A DNA stretch of 64,000 bases from a bacterium (GCA_965221165.1 CBDCRP010000002.1:128001-192000); one strand, 5' to 3'; positions 28,560 through 38,915 are shown, counted from the stretch's first letter. Program-made: numbers and translations. The notes: a model not told the origin generated them from the sequence alone.

Positions 28560-29648
28560 TTAAACCGTCTCGGGCAGGAGGGGCAGGAGGTATTTCCCGA
28601 AGTTGCGGGCCTCTTCGTCATGCGGCCAGCCGGAGAGGATGAACGTGGTGGCGCCCAGGTCGATGTATTCGCGCATGGCGCCAGCCACCACCTCGGGGCT
28701 GCCCACGAGCATGGTGCCCGCCCCCTGGCGCACGAGATTTATTCCTGAGAAAAGCGCAGGGCCGTGCCAGAGCTTTCCCTCCGCCGTCATGGCGTTCATG
28801 CGCTGCTGGGAGACGGATTCCACCTGCCCCGCGACCTCGCCGGTGACGGATGAGGTTTCCCCGTAAGAGGCCGTGCCCGCGATGATGGCCTCGGCCTCTT
28901 CCTTGGCCTGCGCGTCGTCCTCGCGCACGAGGATGTGGAAGCGCACGCCGAGTCTTAACTCGCGGCCATGTTCCTCAAGCGCCATTTTTTTGACCTCCTC
29001 AAATTCCTCGGCTATCTGCCAGGGGGGTTCCCCCCACTTGAGAAACACGTCGGCGTGCTTGGCGATGACTTTCTTGGCCGCGGGCGAGCTTCCCCCGAAA
29101 TAAAGCGGAGGCCCTCCCTTTCTCGCGGGTCCGGGGAAGACGAAGCCGTCCTCCACCCGGTAGTGCGCGCCCTCGTAGTTCACCCGCTCCCCATCGCCCC
29201 AGAACGCGCGCACGATGTCCAGAAACTCATCGGCCCGCGCATAGCGTCCGTCATGATCCGCCCAGTCGCCGTAGCGCCTCGCGTCCACCGAGGAGCCGCC
29301 GGGCACGACGTTTACCGTCAGCCTCCCGCCCGAGATGAAATCGAGCGTGTTCGCCTGCTGCACGGCGAAGCTCGGCGTGGTGAGGCCGGGCCGGATGGCG
29401 ACGCAGAATTTTATGCTTTTCGTCTCTCGCGCGATCGCGGAGGCGAGAAGCCAGCCGTCCGAACAGGAGGTGTTGCACGGAATGAGCATGTTCGTGAGGC
29501 CGCTCGCCTCCGCCGTCTTCGCCACGTGGACGAGATAGTCGATCTCGGGCGGTATTTCCACCTCGCCGGTGCCGAGCCTCGTGGCGTCCCCCCTTTTGTT
29601 CGAGGGCAGATACCAGGCGTATTCGATGGGTTGTTTCTTGGTGGTCAT
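28560..29648 (-). CDS. LLM-class flavin monooxygenase (SsuD-like)
   Basis: AIRPG, ISGGRLTVNVV, HDGRYARADEF, YFGGSS, LVGSPE, FILSGWPH. Confidence 0.88.
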   Translation of the reverse strand: MTTKKQPIEYAWYLPSNKRGDATRLGTGEVEIPPEIDYLVHVAKTAEASGLTNMLIPCNTSCSDGWLLASAIARETKSIKFCVAIRPGLTTPSFAVQQANTLDFISGGRLTVNVVPGGSSVDARRYGDWADHDGRYARADEFLDIVRAFWGDGERVNYEGAHYRVEDGFVFPGPARKGGPPLYFGGSSPAAKKVIAKHADVFLKWGEPPWQIAEEFEEVKKMALEEHGRELRLGVRFHILVREDDAQAKEEAEAIIAGTASYGETSSVTGEVAGQVESVSQQRMNAMTAEGKLWHGPALFSGINLVRQGAGTMLVGSPEVVAGAMREYIDLGATTFILSGWPHDEEARNFGKYLLPLLPETV

Positions 29649-29725
29649 TGCGTGTGCGTCCTTTAATGCTGTGTTTCATGAACTCCAGAAATCAAGTGCT
29701 TGTTTCTACCGTCCGCCAGTTTGCG

Positions 29726-29759
29726 AAAAAAAACGCCCCGCCCGCAAGGGGGCGAGGCG
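29726..29759 (-). terminator. intrinsic terminator
   Basis: A run followed by the hairpin cgccccgccc-gcaagg-gggcgaggcg; the U-tail is on the minus strand. Confidence 0.6.
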
Positions 29760-29806
29760 ATTTAATACTGCGCGTTCAGCGTGGCGCGGCAGTACCCAAG
29801 AAGCGC

Positions 29807-30025
29807 TCAGCCGATCGTGCCGCCGTCGTCGCGGGTGATGGCGCCTGCACTCATGACGAACGCCGCCGCGGCGAACGCTGCGCCCCGGCTCAGGAATCCC
29901 CGCCGGGAGATCATCTCCTCGGGGAGCTTTTCGAAATCGGTCGCTTGCGGCCGCGGGTAGTGGATCTCGTCGAACTCATCCGGCGAAATCTCCTCCGTCG
30001 CGTCGCGCGTTCGGTCTTCGCGCAT
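29807..30025 (-). pseudogene. N-terminal fragment of a Tat-exported PhoX-type phosphatase
   Basis: DEFDEIHYPRP..TDFE...ISRRGFL followed by a hydrophobic segment, then a stop. Only the leader remains. Confidence 0.6.
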
Positions 30026-30179
30026 CTCTCATCCCCCACGTTGTGAGATTCGGGTTTGGCGATCGGCGCGCAGAAAAGCGCACCCGAACGAAGCGATCCT
30101 CTTATCTGCGCGGATTATAGCGGCCCCTCATCACGCGCGCGTTACAAAATCGTGGAAACTTCATGAAAAACGGGCGACG

Positions 30180-30436
30180 GTGGGGGTCAAACCCGACCGG
30201 GGAGGGAGGGTTTGCGTCTCTCGTAGGGGTGTCGATCTTCCCTGAGGAGGGGAAGATCGTGTGTGTCCGCCCGTAAAATGGCGGGTCGCATATATCCGAC
30301 CCCTGTAACAAAACATTGGGCAATAATGGTTCCGTAGGTCGGACATATACGTCCGCCACGCATACATGCGGCCCGGGGGCTCGTGTATGAGAAATGGTGG
30401 TTTTTTTCGTCACTCCGGCATGCGCCGGAATAACGT
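30180..30436. repeat. REP-like palindrome cluster 3
   Basis: Same module order as 28295-28447, plus a ctccggc-atgc-gccggaa hairpin. Confidence 0.85.
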
Positions 30437-30563
30437 GCAAAGGCCACACTCACCTGCATCAATCCCGCCCGCGCTTTCCAAGCGGGTGCGCAGGCTGTAG
30501 ATTGTGAGTCGCCTGATTTGCGGCGCGAGTCGTACCGAGAAGCCCTACTGCCCCGAGAACCGG

Positions 30564-31448
30564 ATGAACCCCCAGCTCATCGCCGCATCCTACGCCATGT
30601 CCACCGCGGTGGTTTTCGCCACCTTCAGCGTGTTCATCAGGAAGGGCAGCGAGCACGCCAACGCGCTCACGGGCGTTTTCATCGGCATGTTCACCTCCCT
30701 GCCCGTGATGATCGCCATCACCTGGTACTACTGGGATCCCGAGTGGTGGAACCCCCCTGCGTTTTTCTTCTTCGCGCTGGCGGGCCTCGCGGGGCCTGCA
30801 ATGTCGCGCGTGTTTCTTTACTTGAGCATTTCCTATCTGGGCGTCGCGCGCGCGATGCCGTTCGTCTCGCTGACACCCCTTTTCTCCACCTCGCTCGCCA
30901 TCATGTTCATCGGTGAAAGGCCGGGCGCGCTCATCCTGGCGGGCACGATTTTTATCGTGCTGGGCAGCATCACGCTCAGCTACAAGAAGCCCGAGGACAC
31001 CTCCTGGCAGCGAAAACACCTCTGGCTCGCGTTTGGGAGCGCCGTCACCGCCGCGTTCTCGTTTCTTTTCCGAAAACTCGCCTTCGCATACGTGGCGGCC
31101 CCCATCATGGGCGCTACCCTCACGACGCTGGCGGGATTCGTCTTCCTCCTCACCTTCATCCCGCTCATTCCAAAGGATCAAACACCCGACCAGTTCAACC
31201 GCCCCAAGGCCTGGCTCATCTATGGGCTGTGCGGACTGCTGAACGCTTTGGGGTTTTTCCTGCACTTCACGGCCATCAGCATAGGCGACCTCTCGGTCGT
31301 GGCCCCCCTCACCTCGACGGCCCCCATCTTCAGCCTCACCATGAGCTTTTTTCTGCTCAGGCGCATGGAGCGCATCACGCCCGCCATCATCATCGGCACG
31401 GCCTGCATGGTGGTCGGCGCCGCTCTCATCGGCTGGCGCATCCGCTAG
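30564..31448 (+). CDS. DMT/EamA family transporter
   Basis: LGVARAMP...FIGERP and GDLSVVAPL...ERIT, a two-repeat EamA pattern. Confidence 0.85.
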   Translation: MNPQLIAASYAMSTAVVFATFSVFIRKGSEHANALTGVFIGMFTSLPVMIAITWYYWDPEWWNPPAFFFFALAGLAGPAMSRVFLYLSISYLGVARAMPFVSLTPLFSTSLAIMFIGERPGALILAGTIFIVLGSITLSYKKPEDTSWQRKHLWLAFGSAVTAAFSFLFRKLAFAYVAAPIMGATLTTLAGFVFLLTFIPLIPKDQTPDQFNRPKAWLIYGLCGLLNALGFFLHFTAISIGDLSVVAPLTSTAPIFSLTMSFFLLRRMERITPAIIIGTACMVVGAALIGWRIR

Positions 31449-31613
31449 AGCCTCCAGTCAAGAGGCATCGTGTCAACCCATAAAATTTCCGCTACAATGG
31501 TTCCTGCGCGCTGTGCGCCAATGAGGATTTGAGGCGCGCAGAGCACCTCTCGTTCCAGCTCCCTTGCGCGAGATACGGGCGAGACCGAAATTTAGGGAAG
31601 GAGGGGTCATCTG

Positions 31614-32843
31614 ATGATGTTTCGATTCTCTTTATACGGCTTTCTCAAGAACCAGACCTATTTCGAACCCTTCCTCATCCTCGCCTTTTTGGAAAAAGAC
31701 CTCTCCTTCTTTCAGATAGGCATCCTCATCGGCTTCCGCGAGGTGTGCATCAACATCTTTGAAATCCCCAGCGGCGCGGTGGCCGATTTGTACGGCAGAA
31801 GACGCTCGATGATTTTCTCGTTCCTCGCCTACATCGCCTCGTTCCTCGTCTTCGCCTATTCGACTTCTTTCGCCGCCCTGTTCCTCGCCATGTTCGCCTT
31901 CGCTCTGGGCGATTCGTTCCGCACCGGAACGCACAAGGCGATGATCTTCGAGTGGCTCAGGATTCAGGGCAGAGAGGACGAGCGCACCCGCGTCTACGGG
32001 TTCACGCGCTCCTGGTCGAAGATGGGCTCGGCGATTTCGGTCGTGGTCGCGAGCGCGTTCATCTTCACCGGCGCGCGCTACAGCGACATATTTCTGCTCG
32101 CCGTCATCCCCTACGCGATGAACATCGTGAACTTCATGAGCTATCCCAAAGAACTCGAAGGCTCGCGCGCGGCGGATACGAAAATCCCCGGCGTGTGGAG
32201 TCATCTGAAAGACTCCATGCGCATGGCGTTCACCGACAAGCCGCTGCGCGGCATCCTCGTGGAATCGATGAGCTACGAGGGCACCTATAAAGTGGCGAAA
32301 GACTATATTCAGCCCGTCATCCAGCAGGCCGCCCTCGGCCTGGCCCTGCTCGCCACCTGGCAGCAGCAACAGCGCGTGGCCATTCTGGTGGGCGCGGTTT
32401 ATTTCGTCTTACACCTGCTCTCAAGCTTCGCCTCGCGCGGGGGACACCGCCTCGTCGCCTCCACGGGTTCCGAGGAAGCCGCCGCGAAATCGCTTTGGGG
32501 CGCCACCGCCCTCATCTACGCCGCTCTCGCCTGGGGGCTCTGGACGGGCTGGGAATCCGCCGTCATCGCAGGCTTCGTCGCCCTGGCCGTGCTGCAGAAT
32601 TTCTGGCGGCCCGTGCTCATCAGCCGCATCGACGCCCACAGCACGCCCGAGGCCGGCGCGACGATATTGTCCGTGGAAGCGCAGAGCAAATCTGTCCTCG
32701 CCATGGGCCTCGCTCCCCTCATCGGCCTTTGCGTGGACCTGTTCGGCCTCGTCGGGATGGGCGTCATTGCGGCGCTGATCACCGCGCCCTTCGCCCTCAC
32801 GAGCCTCGGCGGCACGCGCGAGAGGGCGGTTCACCATCCATAG
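31614..32843 (+). CDS. MFS transporter
   Basis: EIPSGAVADLYGRRRS (MFS motif A) and FRTGTHKAMI. Confidence 0.88.
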   Translation: MMFRFSLYGFLKNQTYFEPFLILAFLEKDLSFFQIGILIGFREVCINIFEIPSGAVADLYGRRRSMIFSFLAYIASFLVFAYSTSFAALFLAMFAFALGDSFRTGTHKAMIFEWLRIQGREDERTRVYGFTRSWSKMGSAISVVVASAFIFTGARYSDIFLLAVIPYAMNIVNFMSYPKELEGSRAADTKIPGVWSHLKDSMRMAFTDKPLRGILVESMSYEGTYKVAKDYIQPVIQQAALGLALLATWQQQQRVAILVGAVYFVLHLLSSFASRGGHRLVASTGSEEAAAKSLWGATALIYAALAWGLWTGWESAVIAGFVALAVLQNFWRPVLISRIDAHSTPEAGATILSVEAQSKSVLAMGLAPLIGLCVDLFGLVGMGVIAALITAPFALTSLGGTRERAVHHP

Positions 32844-32943
32844 ATAGACAAATCCTCCCGAACGTCTGGATTCGCCCATAATAAAATGATAGAGCAGATG
32901 CAGTGTTGCGCCTTTAGAGTCTTTATCGGGGAGAGATATACGC

Positions 32944-33678
32944 ATGGCCAATATATTCGATGATACCGAAAGCATGGAGGACATAGGAGCGATATACGAC
33001 AGGTTGGAGGCCAACTGCCCCGCTCCCTCCTCCACATCCAAAAAACTTTGGAAACGGCGTCATGCATGCGACATTTCTGATCGTAACAAGTCGTCTGAAA
33101 AAATACTCGAAAAAGCCGTAGCCATGCTGGCGCACAATGGGTACATGTGTGGATGGTTCAACCAGTGTCCGGCCGCCTCGGGGATTGGCGACTCATCCAG
33201 GAACAGACACCGCGACGTCGACCTCGTTTATTGGGACGAAGCAAATAGGCACGCCCGCTTGGTCGAGTTGAAAACCGGGAGCGACACTCCGCTTTATGCG
33301 CTGCGGGAGATTCTGCGTTACGGCGCGGCATACGTGTTTTGTCGAATCCACAAGGATAAACTGCTCCTACAGGATCGGCCCTTGATGGAGGCACGACACG
33401 TCTCACTCGAAGTCGCCGCCCCCGCCTTTTATTATCAAGACCATCACGACCTTGCGGGAGCGCTCGCACGGATGCGTAAATTTCTTGACGAATTTGACGC
33501 TGGCTCCAGAATCAATGGATTGACGATGTCCCTGGACGCGCTCGCCTTTCCGGAATACTTCAGCGAGTTGCCGTTCGGGAACGGGGAAGAAGTGAAGCAG
33601 AAATGTGATACCCAGCACTTGACCGCCGAAGGCCGGATAATCTGCGATGCGTTCAAAAATCTGACTTCGATTGTGTGA
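32944..33678 (+). CDS. hypothetical protein with a PD-(D/E)xK nuclease-like motif
   Basis: NQCP..SG...DVDLV...LVELK...PLYALREILRYG; codon usage is less GC-rich than neighbouring genes. Confidence 0.55.
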   Translation: MANIFDDTESMEDIGAIYDRLEANCPAPSSTSKKLWKRRHACDISDRNKSSEKILEKAVAMLAHNGYMCGWFNQCPAASGIGDSSRNRHRDVDLVYWDEANRHARLVELKTGSDTPLYALREILRYGAAYVFCRIHKDKLLLQDRPLMEARHVSLEVAAPAFYYQDHHDLAGALARMRKFLDEFDAGSRINGLTMSLDALAFPEYFSELPFGNGEEVKQKCDTQHLTAEGRIICDAFKNLTSIV

Positions 33679-34865
33679 GAAAGATGAGAGAAATAACAGA
33701 CCGATTACCGCGCGACACAGGGAAGCGAGAAGACTTGGACATCACCCTCGGGGTGGAGGAGGAGTTCTTTCTCGTCGATCCCGAATCGCGCGATCTCCTC
33801 GTCGACCCCGACTCCGCCATCTTCGAAGCCTGCGAGGCCGGAATCGGGCCGCACAAGGTCACGCGGGAGGTGCTTCGCCCCCAGATCGAGACGAACACCC
33901 GGGTGTGCAAGTCAGTGGCCGAGGCGCGCGAGGCGCTGCGCGAGACCCGGCGGATCGTCATCGAGGCGGCGGAGGCGCACGGAGCCGGGGTGCTGGGCTC
34001 CTCCACCCATCCCTTCGCGCAGTGGAGGGATCTGACGGTCACGCCGAAGGAGCGCTACACGCGCTTCCTGTTGACGTTCCAGGAGACCATGCGCCGCATG
34101 GTCGTCGGCGGAATGCACATCCACGCGGGCTTCGGCGACCCGGAATCGCGCATCCGGGTCATGACGGCCATCCGCCGCTACCTGCCGGCGCTCCATGCGC
34201 TCTCCACCTCCTCGCCCTTCAACGGCGGACGCGATACGGGCTATAAATCCTATCGCCTGAATCTCATCGGCAACCTTCCGCGCACCAATCTGCCCGGCCC
34301 GCTGCGCTCCCGGGCGGAGTACGAGGAAATCGTCGCCGAATACCAAAGAATGAAGTTCATCGAAAACGGCAGTGAAATATGGTGGGACGTCCGCCCCGCC
34401 CACGCCTTCCCGACGCTGGAACTTCGCATCTGCGACATCTGCCCCAGGCTCGAGGACGCCGTGAGCATCACGGCGCTCTATGCTTCATTGTTGCGGTGGC
34501 TGATGCGCCAGGACGAGGAGGGCGCGCTGCCGCCCGAGCCGCTCACCGAGATCATCGCGGAGAACCGCTGGGTCGCCCACCGCTATGGAACGCTCGCCTT
34601 CTTCGGCGATACGGCCAGCGAGAGCGGACGGGTGGACATCGACGACTTCATGCACGAACTCGTCGAGAAACTCGCCCCCGACGCCAGCGCGCTTGGGTGC
34701 GAGATGGAGCTGCGCCACACGCTCACCATCATCCGCCAAGGCAGCGGGGCGGATCGCCAGGCCGACCTCTACCGCCTGCGCCGCCTGGAGGGCGACACGG
34801 ACGAGGAGGCCCTGCGCCGAGTCGTGGACATGGTGCTCGCCGAAACCAGGGAAGGTGTTTTCTGA
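33675..34865 (+). CDS. carboxylate-amine ligase (YbdK/GCS2 family)
   Basis: TLGVEEEFFLVD, GMHIHAG, SSPF..DTGYKSYR, WWDVRP, TLELRICD. Confidence 0.92.
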   Translation: MRKMREITDRLPRDTGKREDLDITLGVEEEFFLVDPESRDLLVDPDSAIFEACEAGIGPHKVTREVLRPQIETNTRVCKSVAEAREALRETRRIVIEAAEAHGAGVLGSSTHPFAQWRDLTVTPKERYTRFLLTFQETMRRMVVGGMHIHAGFGDPESRIRVMTAIRRYLPALHALSTSSPFNGGRDTGYKSYRLNLIGNLPRTNLPGPLRSRAEYEEIVAEYQRMKFIENGSEIWWDVRPAHAFPTLELRICDICPRLEDAVSITALYASLLRWLMRQDEEGALPPEPLTEIIAENRWVAHRYGTLAFFGDTASESGRVDIDDFMHELVEKLAPDASALGCEMELRHTLTIIRQGSGADRQADLYRLRRLEGDTDEEALRRVVDMVLAETREGVF

Positions 34866-34954
34866 GCGTCTGGCGAGAGAGCGAGGCTCAAATGATAGCT
34901 CCCCGGCGCTTTCGCCATTCGATCATGCCCCCATTCGACAACCCCCCTTTCGGT

Positions 34955-34983
34955 TTGACCCCCCAAGTGAAACAAACTAGACT
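34955..34983 (+). promoter_or_regulatory. putative sigma70 promoter of the TRAP operon
   Basis: TTGACC-17 nt-TAGACT. Confidence 0.5.
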
Positions 34984-35015
34984 TTATTCATCCAACAGAT
35001 AAAGTAAGGCCTGCG

Positions 35016-35543
35016 GTGACATTCCCCGCGCAAGATGGGAAGCCAAACGTGCGAAACATCGAACGAAATCTCTCATGGTTACTTCTGCTCGCGCTCACCT
35101 TGATGCTCACGGCCCAGATCATCGCGCGCTACGTTTTCTACACCTCCATCAACTGGATAGAAGAGTTTTCGCGCATCGTTTTCGTCTGGTTCATCTATCT
35201 TTCGATCAGTTGGATCATCATTCAGGGCCGGCACATACGCGTCACCGCGCTCGACATGATCCTGCCGGATTTATGGAAGTCGTCGTTCTCCATCTTCGCC
35301 GACCTCCTCTGGCTCTGCTTCAATATCGTCATGACCTACTACGGATTTCTTTTCGTCTGGAGTGAAATCGAGCATTATTCGGAAACCGACGTTCTCGAAA
35401 TTCCGGAAGCGATCGTTCACGGCATCATCCCCATCGGCTTCGCTCTCATGACGATCCGCCTCGCCTTCCACATGTACCGGGTCTACATTCTGGGCGGCCC
35501 CGAGGTTCTCTACCAAACGGAAAAACTGGACGAAGAAGTATGA
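35016..35543 (+). CDS. dctQ: TRAP transporter small permease
   Basis: QIIARY...WIEEFSR...HIRV; 4 TM segments. Confidence 0.9.
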   Translation: MTFPAQDGKPNVRNIERNLSWLLLLALTLMLTAQIIARYVFYTSINWIEEFSRIVFVWFIYLSISWIIIQGRHIRVTALDMILPDLWKSSFSIFADLLWLCFNIVMTYYGFLFVWSEIEHYSETDVLEIPEAIVHGIIPIGFALMTIRLAFHMYRVYILGGPEVLYQTEKLDEEV

Positions 35544-36826
35544 ACATGCCCCTCGTTCTGCTCGGTTCGCTGGCCATCTTCCTGGCATTGCGCGTACCCA
35601 TCGGCGTCGCCCTCGGCACCGCGTCGGTCCTGGTTTACTGGCTGACGGACTTGCCGCTGGAGAGTCTCGCTCTCTCTTACTACGACGGGCTGGACAAGTT
35701 CCCCTTCATCGCCGTGCCCATGTTCCTCCTGGCGGGCGCGCTCATGGAAAAAGGGGGCATCAGCAAAAGGCTGATCTCGGTGGCCGACTGCCTGGTGGGA
35801 AACGTCCGGGGCGGCCTCGCCCATGTCACCATACTCGCGTGCATGCTTTTCTCGGCCATCTCGGGCTCCGGCCCCGCCACGACGGCCGCCGTGGGGGGAA
35901 TCATGATCCCCACCATGCTCCGCCGCCATTACGACAGAAATTACTCGGGGGCAGTATCGGCATGCGGCGGCACGCTGGGAATCCTGATTCCTCCGAGCGG
36001 AGCCCTCATCGTATACGGCGTGAGCGCGGACGAGTCCGTCACGCGCTTGTTCGTTGCGGGTTTTCTGCCCGGCATCTTGCTGGGCTGCATGCTGATGATC
36101 TGCGCCTCCTTCATGGCGCGCCACAAAACGCCGAACGAACCGGGCGAGCCATTCCACCTCACCCGCACGCTGCGCACGGTATGGGACTCCCGCTGGGCGC
36201 TGATGGCGCCGGTCGTGATTCTCGGCGGCATCTACGGCGGCTTTGTGACGCCGACGGAGAGCGCCGTCATCGCCGTGCTCTACGGCTATGCGATCGGCGC
36301 TTTCGTGTACAAGGAACTGAACTGGAAGACGACGCAGGATTGCCTGGAGGTCGCTTCACTCATCACCGGAACCATCGCTATCATCTGGGGGGCGTCGCTG
36401 GCGTATGGGGAGTTGATCACCATCCACCAGATTCCCCAGATGGTCACCGCGTTTATCAAAACCATGACGACGTCGCCCTTCCTCATCCTCATCTTGATCA
36501 GCCTCTTTCTCACTTTCGTGGGGATGTGGCTCAACACGATGGCGCAGATCATCATTCTGACGCCGCTGTTCCTCCCCGTCGTCAAGTCCGTGGGGATAGA
36601 CCCCATACACTTCGGCATCGTTTTCGTGGTGAATTGCGAGATCGGCTATCTCACGCCGCCCCTGGGCACGAGCCTGTTCGTCGCCTTAGGGATCGCGGAC
36701 ACGACGCTGGGCGCCATCGCCAAGGCCGTCCTGCCCTTCATCGCGACGATGTTCTTAGCCGTTCTCATTTTCTCGTATTTCCCCAGCATCTCCCTCATCC
36801 TGCCGAATCTGCTCTTCGGCAGATGA
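35540..36826 (+). CDS. dctM: TRAP transporter large permease
   Basis: AVPMFLLAG, ISGSGPA, LIPPS, TPTESA, GIDPIHFG, TPPLG. Confidence 0.95.
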   Translation: MNMPLVLLGSLAIFLALRVPIGVALGTASVLVYWLTDLPLESLALSYYDGLDKFPFIAVPMFLLAGALMEKGGISKRLISVADCLVGNVRGGLAHVTILACMLFSAISGSGPATTAAVGGIMIPTMLRRHYDRNYSGAVSACGGTLGILIPPSGALIVYGVSADESVTRLFVAGFLPGILLGCMLMICASFMARHKTPNEPGEPFHLTRTLRTVWDSRWALMAPVVILGGIYGGFVTPTESAVIAVLYGYAIGAFVYKELNWKTTQDCLEVASLITGTIAIIWGASLAYGELITIHQIPQMVTAFIKTMTTSPFLILILISLFLTFVGMWLNTMAQIIILTPLFLPVVKSVGIDPIHFGIVFVVNCEIGYLTPPLGTSLFVALGIADTTLGAIAKAVLPFIATMFLAVLIFSYFPSISLILPNLLFGR

Positions 36827-36851
36827 GGAGCAAACCCAAAGGAGGCAAGAC

Positions 36852-37862
36852 ATGCGACATCTGAAAAAAGGTTTCACCATGATCATGGGCGTCATTCTCA
36901 TCGCGGGTCTGGTCGGCATCGCCACTCCCCGGGCAGAGGCCGCCAAGTACGTCATGAAGTTCGCCCACAACAGCCCCCCGAAACCCGACATGCTCTACAC
37001 GGCAGCCGCCACGACCTTTCAGAACTACCTGCGCATCTACACCGCTGGGGAAGCCGACGTCCAGATATTCCCCTCCTCCCAACTCGGGAAGGACAGCATC
37101 GCCGCGAAGAAGGTCCAACTCGGATCGGTGCAGATGCAGACGGTCGTGACGAACAACATCTCCCGTTTCGACCGCCGGATAGACGTCTACACGCTTCCCT
37201 TCCTTTTCAAGAACTTCAGGAGCGCCGCCAAGGTGTTGAACAGCGACATCGGCATGAAGATCGCCGAGGACTACAGGAAGAAATCCGGCATCCGCATCCT
37301 GAGTTCCTGGCCGTGCTCATTCCGAAAAATGGCGAACAGCAAGCACCCCATCCTGAAGCCGTCCGACCTGGGCGACCTCCGCATGCGCATCGCCAAGAAC
37401 CCGGTCATGGTCGAGACCTACAAATCATTCGGCGGGAGCACCATCGGCATGGCGCCGACCGAGGTCTTCAGCGCCCTCGCCCAGAAGGTCGTCGACGGCC
37501 AGGACGGCGGGACGACCTGGCAGTGGTCGATGAAGTTCTACGAGGTGCAGAAGTACATGTCGGTCACCAACCATCAATTGACGGTGTGCGTGATCATCAT
37601 CAACGACAAGTACTTCAACGGACTTCCCAAGGATATCCAGAAAGGCGTCCAGAAGGCTGCGACCGACAGCACGGCATGGCTGACCGGCTATTCCGAGACT
37701 CTCGATAAAGAGCTGGTCGGCAAGTTCGAAGCCAAGGGCCTCAAAATCGATCGTCCCGACCTCAAGCCCTTCGTGGCGGCCGTGAAGCCGGTCTACAAGA
37801 AATTCGGCAAGAAGCTCGGCGGCATGACCCTCATCAACAAGATCCTCGACATGCAAAAATAG
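36852..37862 (+). CDS. dctP: TRAP transporter substrate-binding protein
   Basis: Signal peptide; FPSSQLG; DLGDLRMR; EVFSALAQKVVDG; FYEVQKY. Confidence 0.93.
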   Translation: MRHLKKGFTMIMGVILIAGLVGIATPRAEAAKYVMKFAHNSPPKPDMLYTAAATTFQNYLRIYTAGEADVQIFPSSQLGKDSIAAKKVQLGSVQMQTVVTNNISRFDRRIDVYTLPFLFKNFRSAAKVLNSDIGMKIAEDYRKKSGIRILSSWPCSFRKMANSKHPILKPSDLGDLRMRIAKNPVMVETYKSFGGSTIGMAPTEVFSALAQKVVDGQDGGTTWQWSMKFYEVQKYMSVTNHQLTVCVIIINDKYFNGLPKDIQKGVQKAATDSTAWLTGYSETLDKELVGKFEAKGLKIDRPDLKPFVAAVKPVYKKFGKKLGGMTLINKILDMQK

Positions 37863-37876
37863 CGGGAACCCCTGCG

Positions 37877-37912
37877 GCGCGCGGCGGCCCGGTGTCGCCG
37901 CGCGCTTTTTTT
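37877..37912 (+). terminator. intrinsic terminator
   Basis: gcgcgcggcggc-ccggt-gtcgccgcgcgc followed by seven T. Confidence 0.8.
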
Positions 37913-37938
37913 CTCAAGAAAAGAAAAGGATAAGCGCA

Positions 37939-38694
37939 ATGAGCGGTTTCGAGGGGCAAAGCGCCATCGTCACGGGCGCGGCAACGGGCATCGGCGAATC
38001 CACGGCGAGAATCCTCGCCCAAAGGGGGGCTGCGGTCACCGTCATGGATTTCGACGCAGCAGGCGCCGAGGCCGTCACGAAATCCATCAACGAAAGCGGC
38101 GGCAACGCCCACCTCGCCGTGGTCGACCTCACCGATTGGGAGGCGACCCGTACCTCGGTGAACGAGGTTCACAACCGGGCAGGCGGTATTGACGTTCTCG
38201 TGCACAGCGCGGGCGGCTTTCCCAAGTACGTGGGCCTGCTCGAATGTCCCGTAGAGGCCTGGGACGGCGTGGTGGACTCGAACCTGAAATCGATGTTCTA
38301 TCTCTTGAAAGCCGTCGCCCCCCTCATGGTGGCGGCGAATTACGGGCGCTTCGTCACGCTCTCGAGCATGGCGGCGCGCAGCGGCGTGAACCCCAATCCG
38401 CCGCATTACACCGCCGCCAAGGCGGGTGTGCTCGGCCTCACCCGTCAGGCGGCGCTCGAGCTCGGCCCCCACGGCGTCACCGTGAACGCGGTCGCTCCCG
38501 CGAACGTAAATAGCCCGCGAGGCCTCGCAAACCGGACACAGGAGCGCATCGCGCATATCAAGAAATCATCGCCCATGGGCAGACTCTCAGAACCCCACGA
38601 GATAGCGGAAGCCGTGGTTTTTCTTTGCAGCAGGGAGGCGGCCTACATCACCGGCGTCACGCTCGACGTGAACGGCGGCGCCACGATGGTGTGA
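37939..38694 (+). CDS. short-chain dehydrogenase/reductase
   Basis: TGAATGIG, YTAAK, VNAVAP, LDVNGG. Confidence 0.92.
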   Translation: MSGFEGQSAIVTGAATGIGESTARILAQRGAAVTVMDFDAAGAEAVTKSINESGGNAHLAVVDLTDWEATRTSVNEVHNRAGGIDVLVHSAGGFPKYVGLLECPVEAWDGVVDSNLKSMFYLLKAVAPLMVAANYGRFVTLSSMAARSGVNPNPPHYTAAKAGVLGLTRQAALELGPHGVTVNAVAPANVNSPRGLANRTQERIAHIKKSSPMGRLSEPHEIAEAVVFLCSREAAYITGVTLDVNGGATMV

Positions 38695-38727
38695 GGGCGC
38701 CTTGGAAGAAAACTTGGAAAACCGCGG

Positions 38728-38915
38728 GGGCAGGACAACCCAAAAGGGTTGTCCCTACGAAACCTATGGATCGTTCAATATACATGCGATTATTTCACCT
38801 GTAGGGGCCGCATACATGCGGCCCTTCCGCTCCCCTGCAAAAGGCGGGTCGCATATATACGTGGGGCAGCCCCGAGGAGTCGGTTCCGACCGGAGAGGGA
38901 GGGACTGCCACCTAC
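38728..38915. repeat. REP-like palindrome cluster 4
   Basis: ggacaaccc-aaaa-gggttgtccCTAC; GTAGGGGCCGCAT-ac-ATGCGGCCC; an interrupted inverted copy at 38846-38915. Confidence 0.82.
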
